DNA from: Blepharisma stoltei ATCC 30299
Lineage: Eukaryota; Protista; Ciliophora
Length of the DNA stretch: 64,000 nt
Assembly: GCA_965603825.1 (NCBI GenBank)
Contig: CBFDEM010000009.1
Coordinates: forward strand, 372,001-436,000
Reading direction: 5' to 3'
The position numbers were made by a program, and so were the translations under genes. This document shows positions 40,461 to 50,997 of the stretch, one piece after another (the stretch's first letter is position 1; every line of letters begins with the position of its first letter). The notes beneath the pieces were generated by a model. It saw nothing but the letters and a program-made list of their open reading frames with translations, searched no databases and was not told the DNA's origin.

Positions 40461-40557
40461 AATAGCTAAAAGCAAATAGTCTAGGGCTGCTTTAGACTGC
40501 CCTTGGCTGTTAAACTACCATCCAAGTGGTAGAGTCCGCACTCGGGCAATTACAACT
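40461..40557 (+). ncRNA. Candidate structured RNA (H/ACA-like architecture)
   Basis: GC-rich island. Stems AATAGCTAA/TTGGCTGTT and TAGTCTA/TAGACTG with G-U pairs, then AAACTA (ANANNA), a second hairpin and ACA. Confidence 0.3.
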
Positions 40558-40703
40558 AGTATAGCTATATTTTTGTAAAAATAGCTGCTTTTATTATTTT
40601 CTGAAAAGAAACGGGAAAAAATCTTTAATATCTGAGGCTTCAAAAGGATGCAAATTTTATTCTTTACAATCCAATATTGTGGCTTGGCAGACATATCATA
40701 ACC
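40555..40703 (-). pseudogene. Remnant duplicate of cathepsin copy 2 and its 3' flank
   Basis: 40661-40703 encodes [14 protein letters not shown]; 40555-40660 repeats 38415-38512. Confidence 0.8.
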
Positions 40704-40885
40704 AAAAATTGATTGCAGAGACTTGAGATTATTAATCATAGCATTCTGAACTAAATATATAAATTAAAATTAGTTCTGAAGGGCAAGTTCTACTTAGAGT
40801 AAATTCTAAATGCTCATAAATCTATCTTTCTATCTAAAGAAATCGCAATTTTTAATGAAAACGTCATAAGTTTAAATGATTAAGC

Positions 40886-41947
40886 TTAAGCAATAGGATA
40901 TGATGGATTCATATTGATACCGCAAACTCCATCTCCTTTACTAATGGCAATTCTGATGTATCCTTGCTCTCCCCAGGATGGGCCCCAAGAGTTCTTCACA
41001 ATCCAGTATGGTGGAGAGTTAGTGTTATCGTAGCCAACAATAAGTACACCATGGTCAAGGGCGGTTCCGCAATTGCTTGATACAATTCCTCCAACATAGC
41101 TTTGCCATGCAGCTTGATCGGCTTCTACAGCTACAGAAACTGGCTTAGTAGCAACTGCTGCCATAAGGGCATTTGAATTCTTAGCAGCTACAATTGCATA
41201 GCTTGAAATTTTGGCTGCGACATTCTTTTCAAGGGTAGTATTGCATTCTCCATTTTCAGCCTTGTAAGGGTAGTTGCTTTCAGTGGTAAGTCCTTTTTGC
41301 ACAACAAATTTAAAAGCGCTAGTCATCAAACCACCGTCACATCCTTTGTTGCCATAAGAGGTTGAACAGTCCATTAATTCTTGTTCAGAGAGGGACACAA
41401 GGGTGTGGCCAGCTAAGAACCAAGTTCCTTCAACAGCGCCTGTGGTTGAGAAAGACCAGCATGAGCCGCATTGTCCTTGATTTTTGACTGCGGTAACTGC
41501 ACCTTTGGTTCTCCAATCAACGCTTGATGGAGCAGCCATATCTGGGTTATAGTCAGCAACTGGACCGTCTTCATTAGGGACATATGCGTTAGGGGTGTAA
41601 CGAGACTTGAATTCATCGTGGGTGAGGTCAGAGAACTGAGTTATCCCGAGCCAGTAGGTTTTTCCAAGGGTGTTGTGGACTCTGGCGAAGGCAATGTTGT
41701 CTCTGAAAATTTTGAAGCGGGCGTTGAACTCATCAATGCTGTCATAGACCTTGTTGTATTTAGCAATGAATCCGAAAAACTCTTGTTCGTCAATTTCATA
41801 TTGTCTGAGGGCATAGTTTGTTGAGTTGCTTGAATAAAGAGCTACAGTTGCGACGACTCCTACAATAGCTACAAGAGCTAAAGCTCCCAAAACAACCTTT
41901 TTCTTGTTGGAGGTTTCTGGCTTGTCACTGAAGTACACTCTTTCCAT
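40886..41947 (-). CDS. Cathepsin L-like cysteine protease copy 3 (catalytic residues intact)
   Basis: [21 protein letters not shown]. Confidence 0.95.
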   Translation of the reverse strand: MERVYFSDKPETSNKKKVVLGALALVAIVGVVATVALYSSNSTNYALRQYEIDEQEFFGFIAKYNKVYDSIDEFNARFKIFRDNIAFARVHNTLGKTYWLGITQFSDLTHDEFKSRYTPNAYVPNEDGPVADYNPDMAAPSSVDWRTKGAVTAVKNQGQCGSCWSFSTTGAVEGTWFLAGHTLVSLSEQELMDCSTSYGNKGCDGGLMTSAFKFVVQKGLTTESNYPYKAENGECNTTLEKNVAAKISSYAIVAAKNSNALMAAVATKPVSVAVEADQAAWQSYVGGIVSSNCGTALDHGVLIVGYDNTNSPPYWIVKNSWGPSWGEQGYIRIAISKGDGVCGINMNPSYPIA

Positions 41948-42425
41948 TTTATTATAACCAATAACTCCTGCCTAGCTTTTATGCATGACATAAAATGGTC
42001 AACAAGTATTTGGCGAATTTAAGTGACTTAAGCAAGCATTCACAAGATGTTTAATTTTTATATATAATTATAATAAAAAAGACAGTATTTTTTCAAAAAG
42101 CCTTTGATTAGCAAAAGTTGAATTTTTTATAAGTATTTGTATGAAATTCTTTGCTGATATTCAAGATCGGGCAGGCAGGTATAGGCAGGCTTATTGAGTC
42201 TGTATCTAGATGGCAGTTGTTTGATATTTTTGTTCATCGAGAAGGTGATTTAGGATATTGCATCAGCGAGACAAAGTATTCTCGAGAAAAGTGGCTCCTT
42301 CTGTGCTGATTAGAGTTTGTCCATCGAGCCTTTAATGCTGCTCCCTAATCCAACATGTTCTAGCTTTTCTTTCAAGCCTTCAATTTTCCCTTTATTAACA
42401 CATAATTAATACCTATCTGAATAAA

Positions 42426-43490
42426 TTAACGAACAGGATAAGCAGGGTACAAATTAATCCCGCAAACACCTTCTCCAGAGGTAATAGCGATTCTCAAGTA
42501 TCCTGATTCTCCCCAGCTTGGTCCATAGGAGTTCTTAACAATCCAATAAGGAGGATTATTAGTATTATCAAACCCAACAATCAAAACTGAGTGGTCTACA
42601 TCAGTTCCGCAATCTTGGCTAATGATGCCTCCAGTGTACATTCTCCAGGCTGCCTGGTTTGATTGGACAACAACTGTAATTGGCTGCTGAACTACAAGTC
42701 CCATTAAATTGTTAGGTGCATTAGCCTCTGCAGTTTGATAGCTAATAATGTTAGCAACTGGCTGGTTTTGAGCTTTAGTTGTGCACTTGCCTTTGGTTCC
42801 TTTATATGGGTAATTAGTATTGCTGGTAAGTCCATGGGCCATTGCAAACTGGAAAGAGTTAGTTGGCAAGCCACCGTTGCACCCTTCATTTCCAAATCTA
42901 GTTGAGCAGTCCACGATTTCTTGTTCAGAAAGAGCTACAAGGGTGTGGTTTGTGATAAACCAAATTCCTTCTACGGCTCCTGCAGCTGCAAAAGCATATC
43001 CGTCTCCACATTGCAATTGGTTACCTACTGGGGTCACAGCGCCTTTTGCTCTCCAGTCCCAGCTTGTGACATTGGTGGCGTTTTTAAGGTTTCCTGACAG
43101 GTTTTTCCTTTCAGGGAGCTGGTACTTGTAAGGAGCGTAAATGCTGGAGAATTCTTCTTGGGTCATGTCAATGAATTGGGTGATTCCTAAACGATAGGAA
43201 CGGCCAAGGGTGTTGTGGACTCTGGCATAGGCATAATTGTCCCTGAAAATTTTAAGGCGTGCCTGGTATTCTTCTTCATTGGCGTAGGCTTTGTTGTACT
43301 TGGCCATAAAGCCCTGGAATTCTTGTTCTTCAATAGCGAATTGCTGAAGGGTGTAATTGGTTGAAGGGGTACTGGAAAGAGTGGCAAAAGCAGCGACGAC
43401 TCCAACAAGGGCGACTACTCCGAGAGCACAAAGCACAATTTTCTTTTTGTTGCTGGGTTCTGGCTTATCGCTGAAGTAAAGCTTGTCCAT
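42426..43490 (-). CDS. Cathepsin L-like copy 4, non-peptidase homologue
   Basis: QLQCGDGYAF (Cys to Gly), VDHSV, KNSYG. Confidence 0.9.
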   Translation of the reverse strand: MDKLYFSDKPEPSNKKKIVLCALGVVALVGVVAAFATLSSTPSTNYTLQQFAIEEQEFQGFMAKYNKAYANEEEYQARLKIFRDNYAYARVHNTLGRSYRLGITQFIDMTQEEFSSIYAPYKYQLPERKNLSGNLKNATNVTSWDWRAKGAVTPVGNQLQCGDGYAFAAAGAVEGIWFITNHTLVALSEQEIVDCSTRFGNEGCNGGLPTNSFQFAMAHGLTSNTNYPYKGTKGKCTTKAQNQPVANIISYQTAEANAPNNLMGLVVQQPITVVVQSNQAAWRMYTGGIISQDCGTDVDHSVLIVGFDNTNNPPYWIVKNSYGPSWGESGYLRIAITSGEGVCGINLYPAYPVR

Positions 43491-44197
43491 TTTAAGTTAA
43501 TTATTTCACCTATGGATGTTAATATGGGGCAGTTTAGATATAAGAGAAGTAGGTGAAATAATGAAATAAGAAAGGCAGATGGAGATAATAAAGGTAAATA
43601 GGGGAATTCTTTGAGGCGAGAAAGGAGGATAATATGGATTTTTTGATTTATTTTGAAAATGAGGAAGAAGAGTTAATGGAAAATTGTGAGGATTTTTAAT
43701 TAAGGCGTTTTATATAAAATAAAAACGTCTGATTAAAAATTTTTATATCTTATAGATAAAATTAATAATATGAATTTTCTATCATATTTTTGGCTTATTT
43801 TTCTCAAAAGTAATTAATTGATATATAAAATTTATAATTTTCGCAAAAAATTACTATACAACAGATAGAAATAGCTCTGAAAATGATATAAGTGAATATG
43901 CTATAAGCTCGCTTATTCCAGAATCTCCCAAAGGAATTGAAGAATTGGTTTTTCAACAAATGCTGTAAAAAATCAAGGAAGAGAAATCTGAATTATTAAA
44001 GGGACGTACCATTATTTAAGTTAGTTTTCTCAGCATTTGTTATAAAGCTAACCATCAAACTTCCTCAGGAGATTTCTTGAACATATCAAGCTAACAATGA
44101 CCTAACACTATAACTGAAATTTATGTGGAGTTAATTTATATTTTAAATTAAATTCTCACAATATTCAACAAATGTTAAGAATCAAGAGAATTTATAT

Positions 44198-45268
44198 TTA
44201 ATAAATAGGATAGGTAGGGACCATATTAATCCCACAAATGCCATCTCCACTTGAAATGGCTATTCTGATGTACCCATTTTCTCCCCAGCTAGGTCCCCAT
44301 GAGTTCTTAACAATCCAATACGGAGGATTATTTGTATTGTCATACCCCACAATAAGCACACTGTTATCAAGATTAACCCCACAGTTACTTGTAATAATCC
44401 CAGTCCTATAGAACTGCCAAGCAGCTTGATTTGATTCTACCACAACTGTAACAGGCCACTGAGCGACGATTGCCATAAGTGAATTAGGTGAATTTGGAGG
44501 GACTGTCTCATAAGAAGTTATTTTGGCAACACCTTGTGCTTGTTTAGACGTATTGCATTTCCCTTTAACACCTTTATAAGGATAGTTAGTCTCACTTGTA
44601 ATCCCATTAGCCATCACAAATTTAAAAGCTTGTGATGCCAAGCCGCCACTGCAGCCATTGGTGCCAAAAGAGCTTGAACAGTCTAGTAATTCTTGTTCTG
44701 ACAATGAAAGCAATTTATTATTGTTAATAAACCAAATTCCTTCAATAGCGCCTGTCGCTGCAAATGCCCACCCACATGCACATTGTAGCTGATTTTTAAC
44801 TGGGGTCACTGCTCCTTTTGTTCTTCAGTCAACTTGTTGAGGAATATCGCCATATGACACTTCTTGTTGCTTAATTTCTTCATTCGTTATTTCATACTTT
44901 ATTGGAGTCATAAATCTTTGAAATTCTTCATGGGTGAGATCAGAAAACTGATTTACACCTAAAAGATAAGAGTTTCCAAGGGAGTTGTGAAATTTTATAT
45001 AAGCAAGATTGGTAAGAAATATGCTGAGGCGGTTTTGATATTCTTCAGGAGTTTTATATGCTTTGTTGTAATGGGAAACAAAATTTAAGAATTCTTGATT
45101 TTCTAGTTCAATTTGTTGGAGTGAATAATAATTCTTATGCAGTGGGATATTATAGAATACTCCAATTATTGAAAGCATGGCTAGCACAAAGATAGCTGCT
45201 GGTGTTCAGAGCCAACTTTTGGTTCTTGAATTAGCTTCTTCTCTGTAGCTAATATAAAAGTTGTCCAT
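44198..45268 (-). CDS. Cathepsin L-like copy 5, non-peptidase homologue
   Basis: ATG 45268; VD[TGA]RTKGAV; QLQCACGWAF (Cys to Gly); LDNSV (His to Asn). Confidence 0.9.
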
Positions 45269-45477
45269 ATAAATGGAAAGTTAAGATATATTGTCTCAAC
45301 TTGAAAATGGAGAATTAATTACTGAAATATTTTAAATTTGCAGTCAATATTACTTATTAATTTTTCACTAGTCATCAAAAAATGCAATTTAGTTAATAAA
45401 AAATATTAATTTATTGTGAAATCATATTTTCTGATGTTGACTTACCACAGTTTCAGCTATCTAATAATCTCAATTAA

Positions 45478-46149
45478 ATGGAAAGAAAATTGAAATATTT
45501 ATGAATCGGAAATCAGCAAACAAGAGAACCACTATTCAAATTTTCATGAAACAATGAATTAGCTGACCAAACTTACCAACAATTTTTAGAAATTCTCAAT
45601 AAAGAATCCTTTTCCAATAATCTTAAAATTATAATTTCAGATTTTGATGAATGATATGGAAAAGTTACAGACAATTTTCTTTTCATAATTTTAACAGATC
45701 AAAATAGTGAATTTGCCTTTATGTGTAAAATATTCGGAAAATTGGAAAGGCTATTCCGCGCTTATCAATATGAATCTGATTTAGACATTTCTAATCAAAA
45801 CTGGATAAGAGACTTGTGAAGGCTGAAGGAGAAATATGAAACTGAAAATAAACCTGAAACCATTGCAGTAATAGATATGAAACTAATAGAAGTTAACTTG
45901 CTCAGAGAAATCAATATTGAAAGACCTTATCTAGATGATTTGAGTGAAAGTCTAGAATACAATTATGATAGAATAAATAGGATTGATGAAGTCTCATTCG
46001 ATACAGAAATTTACATAAATCAAAATCAGAATAGGCTTTGGAAAGAATTAATGCCAATTGCTATTGGAGTCATAGTATTTTTATCTATATTAGGCTTAAT
46101 GCTTGCTGCATCAGCTTCTTTTAAGCCAGAAAGCAGTCATGGATTATAG
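45478..46149 (+). CDS. Tail-anchored protein, possibly longin-domain/SNARE-related, 223 aa
   Basis: ATG 45478 in frame with four TGA=W; alpha/beta N-terminal region; single C-terminal TM. Confidence 0.6.
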
Positions 46150-46182
46150 CTTTATACGATTTCCAAATTAAATTTATTTATT

Positions 46183-47250
46183 TTAATTTAAATAAAGAAT
46201 AGGCATTCTTTCACTATATTCCATTTGAGTTGCCAAAGCTTGCTCTATCATCCCATATGTAATTGGATTTATATCAAAAAGGTACAAAAACAGCACTTGT
46301 CTTCACGAGTAAGGGTGAATTCTATCAGTGGCTGCTATAACTTCTAGTCGATTAATTTTAGGGTCATGGCTTTCTCAGTCTAAATCTCATATATAACATT
46401 TAAGGACTGACCAGTGGCAGATTTCGTTTTTTCTCATGATTTTTTTGTCAAGCTTAAATAGTGTGTAGCCTTCTAGAGTTTGTAAAGATCCGTCAAATTT
46501 AGCTCGGAGCATTACTTCTATATTTCCAGTCCTTATTTGGCAGTCTATTGAGCAGTTGCTGTCTTTTCAGATCAAAACGTCAGGATTGAGGCCGTGCACA
46601 TAAGAACCTGATTTATTGTAAAAGGTTATACCGTCTCTTGGAAAAGGCCACTGAGAAAAATAGACCCAAGATAAGCCTTCGTTGTTTGCAGAGACTCATG
46701 GGAGTCTTTGAAATTGATAATTAGTTCTATTTGTGCTTGTATCAATTTCCTCCAATTTAGTCTTCAAATAAGTCAGTCTATCTTCTGCCTTAATATCACA
46801 GAGATTTTGCCGTTCCCAAAGCTGGATATCTTGAATAAAAATGGTATTCGAGTCTTGGTTAAATATACAGTCAAGTATTATAAAGTCATCATCAAGGTCA
46901 TCAACAGGGAAAAACGACTGAAAATGCATAATTAAGAACCCTGAATACCCGTATAGATACGTTCTACCGTTTTTTGTCACTAATAAACATTTCTCTCCTA
47001 GAGGACGTGGCATTACTAAGAAATTTATGCCATCAATATAATCAAGCGACGTCAAATAGTCTTCCGTCATTATTTGGTTACAATAGAAGACAGAGTTTTC
47101 ATCAGAAAATTCTCCTAAGCCTTGATTTTTCTCCCGAAATTTTTCCCTTTGGTCATTCCTAAGTTTTCTTGCAAAATTGAATCTTCGGTTGCTGTCTTTT
47201 TCATTATAATTTGGATTTGGGATAAAAGCTCGATTAGGTCTAAAACTCAT
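46183..47250 (-). CDS. SNUPN: Snurportin-1 (m3G-cap snRNP import adaptor), 355 aa
   Basis: IBB-like basic N-terminus, YCNQIMTEDYL, PRPLGEKCLLV, ILDCIF, RDGITFYNK...GLNPDVLIWKD; TAA 46183-46185. Confidence 0.85.
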
Positions 47251-47462
47251 TTATTATTGTAAGATTAACTATTGCATGGAGTTTTATTGCTTAAAATTAT
47301 AAAAATTACGAAAAGATGGCCTTGGCATTATTCAAGTAGCTACTTGTCCTCAAGTCCTCGAAAAATCTGATATTTGGTGCAGTTTTTACAGCCCTGCCAT
47401 ATTGAAGCTCCTAATATTTAAGAAATCAAAATAATTGAGACACCCCCCTCATAATAATTATT

Positions 47463-49799
47463 ATGGAACTCAGTGTTGCAAGACGTCCAAACACCTGCTC
47501 TATCGGAACTGTGATTCCCATCTGCGCAAACTTCTTTCGGTTCAACACCGCTTCAAACGTTGACTTTATGCAAAAATACAGTGTTGCTTTCGAGCCAGAT
47601 ATCCCTGCCAGCTTATTTAAGCAACGTGAAAGACTTTTAAGAAAAGTTTCAAGCCAACTTATTCCTCAAATTGGGAAGTATGTGTTCGCTAATACCGCAG
47701 TCTACTGCATCCATTCAGCTTCACAAGGACTCAGCGGAAGTATCACTGTGACAACCAATTTCGATAACGTTGACTACTCAATTACCCTCACTCCTACAGG
47801 CAGAGTAGAAAGCACCGAAGAAAAAAAGCATTTTTTCAACAGATTCTTCAACTCAGTCCAAGGAAAGCTTGACCTCATCATGATTGGCAGAAAATTCTAC
47901 GACCCCACTAATTCAAAAGATCTTCCTCAGCACCACATTTCTATCTGGCCAGGATACTATACCTCAGTCGGCTCCTATGCTGAAGGCTGCCTTGTCAATA
48001 TAGACATTTCCCATCGTTGTCTACGTACCATCACTGTCTATGACCAAATCAAAGAAATCAGAACTCGCTCTAACAATGACTATGCCCAAAACTCCTTAAA
48101 GCTTTTACTAAACGCCACAGTCCTTACTCTTTACAACAAGAAAACTTATAAAGTCGTCGACATTGATTTCGACTCCACAGCTGAGTCCACCTTCCAAGAT
48201 TCTACTGGAAAAGTCCAAACTTATAAAGAGTATTATGAAAAAAGATGGCAAAAAAATATTGAGCACAATGAACAACCATTATTAAAGGCAACTACCAATA
48301 AAAACCCTAACCCTTGCTATCTGATTCCTGAATTCTGTGTACTCACAGGCCTTACTGATGAAATGAGGGCTGATTTTAATATCATGAAAGATATGGCTAA
48401 TGCGACAAAAAAGGAGCCACAGGAAAGACTGCAAAAATCAGCGGGACTTATCAATACAGTTAACTCGAACAGTAAAACTAGAAGTGAAATTGACCAATGG
48501 AGGATTTCTTTGTCACCTGATCCAGTCACTATTGAAGGAAGAGTGCTCCCAATGGGAGGAATTATGCTGGCAAATAACCAGACTTTTAATATTGGACAGA
48601 GCGGAAGTTTTGATAGAGAGTCGCAAGGAGCTATGTTTGAGCAGCCACCTATGAATAACTGGGCTATTTTACATTGCGAAAACGATAAAAGACTTGTGGA
48701 TACCTTTATTAGTATGCTGCAAGTGGTTATAAAAACTTATAATGTAGCCTGCAGCCGGCCTGTTGTGATATCATTGAGGAGTGATAGATGGGATGAATGG
48801 GAAAGAACACTTAGCAACCCTAATAACAATTCTCAACTCATTGTATGTGTGCTTCCAGGACAAAGAGGAAAATCAAGACTTTATGACGACCTTAAAAGGT
48901 ATGTACTTGCAGTAAAACCGATCCCTGTCCAAGCAGTTCTAACTGGCACTTTAAAAAGAGAAAAAGGCTTAAGGTCAGTCGTAAACAAGGTCATGATGCA
49001 GATGACAGCTAAGCTTGGCGGAATCCCATGGGCCCTCAACCAGCTCCCTTACTCTGACGTAAAAACCATGATCGTTGGGATTGATGCCTACCAAAAAAGA
49101 GGCCAATTCAGTATTCTTGGCTTCTGTGCTTCCATTGACCGCAACTTCGGAAAATACGTAACAGTTCCCCAAGTAAATAGCAAAGGCGAACAAGACATTT
49201 CTAAGCTTACCGACAGCATGTACTCAGCCCTGCTTCAATTTAAAGCTGCAAATAACGAAGAATTCCCCAAAAGAATCGCAATTTTCAGGGACGGGATTTC
49301 AGAGGGCCAAAAAAGGGTGGTCTTAGATAGAGAAATCCCTATGATATTGGAAGCTTTTAACAGATGCAGAAACCAAGGACTGACTGAAGACCCAAAACTT
49401 ATTTATACCCTTGTCAATAAAAGAACTAATTCAAGATTCTACCAAATGCAAGGGAAAAATATATCAAATCCGCCTATTGGGACTGTTATTGATAAAGCCG
49501 TTGTGTCTGATGATGGGTATGACTTTTATATTTTACCAGCCAGAGCTACCCAGGGGGCTATGACTCCTACGCATTTTATTGTAATTTTTGATAATACAGG
49601 CTGCAGATGTGAAGAAATCCAAGGGCTTGCCTTCAAGCTGTGCTTTTCATATTACAACTGGAGTGGGTCAATCAGAGTGCCGGCACCTTGCCAGTATGCC
49701 CACAAGCTTGCCTATCTTTATGGAGAAAGAGCTACCAACCAAGGGCCACCTATTCCTCATGGTGATTGGACTCGGTCAAGATCTCTTTACTTTTTATAA
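47463..49799 (+). CDS. PIWI: Piwi-clade Argonaute, 778 aa
   Basis: N, PAZ (LIPEFC) and MID/PIWI domains: KLGGIPW, MIVGID, FRDGISEGQ, YYNWSGSIRVPAPCQYAHKLA, LYFL terminus. Confidence 0.97.
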   Translation: MELSVARRPNTCSIGTVIPICANFFRFNTASNVDFMQKYSVAFEPDIPASLFKQRERLLRKVSSQLIPQIGKYVFANTAVYCIHSASQGLSGSITVTTNFDNVDYSITLTPTGRVESTEEKKHFFNRFFNSVQGKLDLIMIGRKFYDPTNSKDLPQHHISIWPGYYTSVGSYAEGCLVNIDISHRCLRTITVYDQIKEIRTRSNNDYAQNSLKLLLNATVLTLYNKKTYKVVDIDFDSTAESTFQDSTGKVQTYKEYYEKRWQKNIEHNEQPLLKATTNKNPNPCYLIPEFCVLTGLTDEMRADFNIMKDMANATKKEPQERLQKSAGLINTVNSNSKTRSEIDQWRISLSPDPVTIEGRVLPMGGIMLANNQTFNIGQSGSFDRESQGAMFEQPPMNNWAILHCENDKRLVDTFISMLQVVIKTYNVACSRPVVISLRSDRWDEWERTLSNPNNNSQLIVCVLPGQRGKSRLYDDLKRYVLAVKPIPVQAVLTGTLKREKGLRSVVNKVMMQMTAKLGGIPWALNQLPYSDVKTMIVGIDAYQKRGQFSILGFCASIDRNFGKYVTVPQVNSKGEQDISKLTDSMYSALLQFKAANNEEFPKRIAIFRDGISEGQKRVVLDREIPMILEAFNRCRNQGLTEDPKLIYTLVNKRTNSRFYQMQGKNISNPPIGTVIDKAVVSDDGYDFYILPARATQGAMTPTHFIVIFDNTGCRCEEIQGLAFKLCFSYYNWSGSIRVPAPCQYAHKLAYLYGERATNQGPPIPHGDWTRSRSLYFL

Positions 49800-50079
49800 G
49801 GGTAATAAGCTTCTTTAATGATTAGTTTTTATTTTATATATTATTTTATATTTTGATATAAAAGAGAATAATTGATGATTCTGTATTAGAAAGAGTAGCA
49901 GAGATCTGATGGAATAGGTAGAGAGAAAGAAAGATGTATCAGTGAATAAAATACAATTTATAAGAGCCAATCTATTTTAATTAGTATACATTTCGAAAAT
50001 ATTAACTAAATAATCTTATTTTGGATTAGGTTATAGTATATTTTTGAGAAAATTATTTAGCTGTAAAATTATCATTAAT

Positions 50080-50793
50080 ATGGTCGAGCTAGAGCAGAAA
50101 GGAGGCGTTTTTATTCTCTCCATCCCTCACGTCTTCACAGTTCCTTTAATTCAAGAAGTTCATAGAGCCCTTGACACTGTAGAAAAGCATGACGGTCCCA
50201 CTGCTCTTGTATTCCGCTCCACACATCCAAATATTTTCCACGCAGGAATGAATATTAAACTACTACAAAAAGAAGGCCCTGAGGAATTTTTCAGAATTTA
50301 TGAAAATCTTCAAAAACTATGTGCAAGACTCCTCAGTATTGGTCTCCCTACAATAGCAGCTTGTAATGGCCCTGTAGTCGCAGGAGGGTTCATTTTCTTG
50401 GGAGCAATAAGTTATGTGGTATCCTCCCCTACTGCATTTTTCTCTATGACAGAATTGAAACTAGGTATGGTTGTTGAGAAGAGCGGCTATATGATTTTAA
50501 GAAGTAAAATGGATGAGAGAACAATTAGGGATATTGCACTTTTTGGTAGAAGAATAGAGGCTGAAGAAGGTTTAAGACGAAAAATTATTGATGAAATTGT
50601 GCCAAAAGAAAAAGTCTTAGAAAGAGCAATAGAACTAGCTAATGAATTAGCACCTCTTGGAGAAAGAAGAGAAGTCCACCAATGCATAAAGCAAAGCATG
50701 TATAAAGACATTATAGAGTCTGGCGTGCATGCTTCTTACCCTGACGAATTCAAAGTTCATGTAAGAAATGCATTTAATCTCCCAAAATTATAA
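50080..50793 (+). CDS. Enoyl-CoA hydratase/delta-isomerase (crotonase family)
   Basis: FHAGMNI, PTIAACNGPVVAGG, TELKLG; true ATG at 50080. Confidence 0.9.
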   Translation: MVELEQKGGVFILSIPHVFTVPLIQEVHRALDTVEKHDGPTALVFRSTHPNIFHAGMNIKLLQKEGPEEFFRIYENLQKLCARLLSIGLPTIAACNGPVVAGGFIFLGAISYVVSSPTAFFSMTELKLGMVVEKSGYMILRSKMDERTIRDIALFGRRIEAEEGLRRKIIDEIVPKEKVLERAIELANELAPLGERREVHQCIKQSMYKDIIESGVHASYPDEFKVHVRNAFNLPKL

Positions 50794-50997
50794 CAATTCT
50801 TATTATTTTTCAAAAAATCTGATTTTATTTCCTTATATTATCATCTTTAAATTCATATCATTTATCCTTGATTTCTATTTTTTCTTATTTTTTACACACT
50901 TAATCCTCTCTTATCATATAAGATATTATTCTATATACATCCCTGATATCTTCACAAGCTTTATAAAATATGAAAAAAACCTAGGCTATATTTTAAT

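Noticed and set aside
42160-42390. Moderate-GC spacer with ATGGACAAAC on the minus strand resembling a cathepsin start
   Set aside because: The similarity is too short and the frames are interrupted; it cannot be supported without an alignment.
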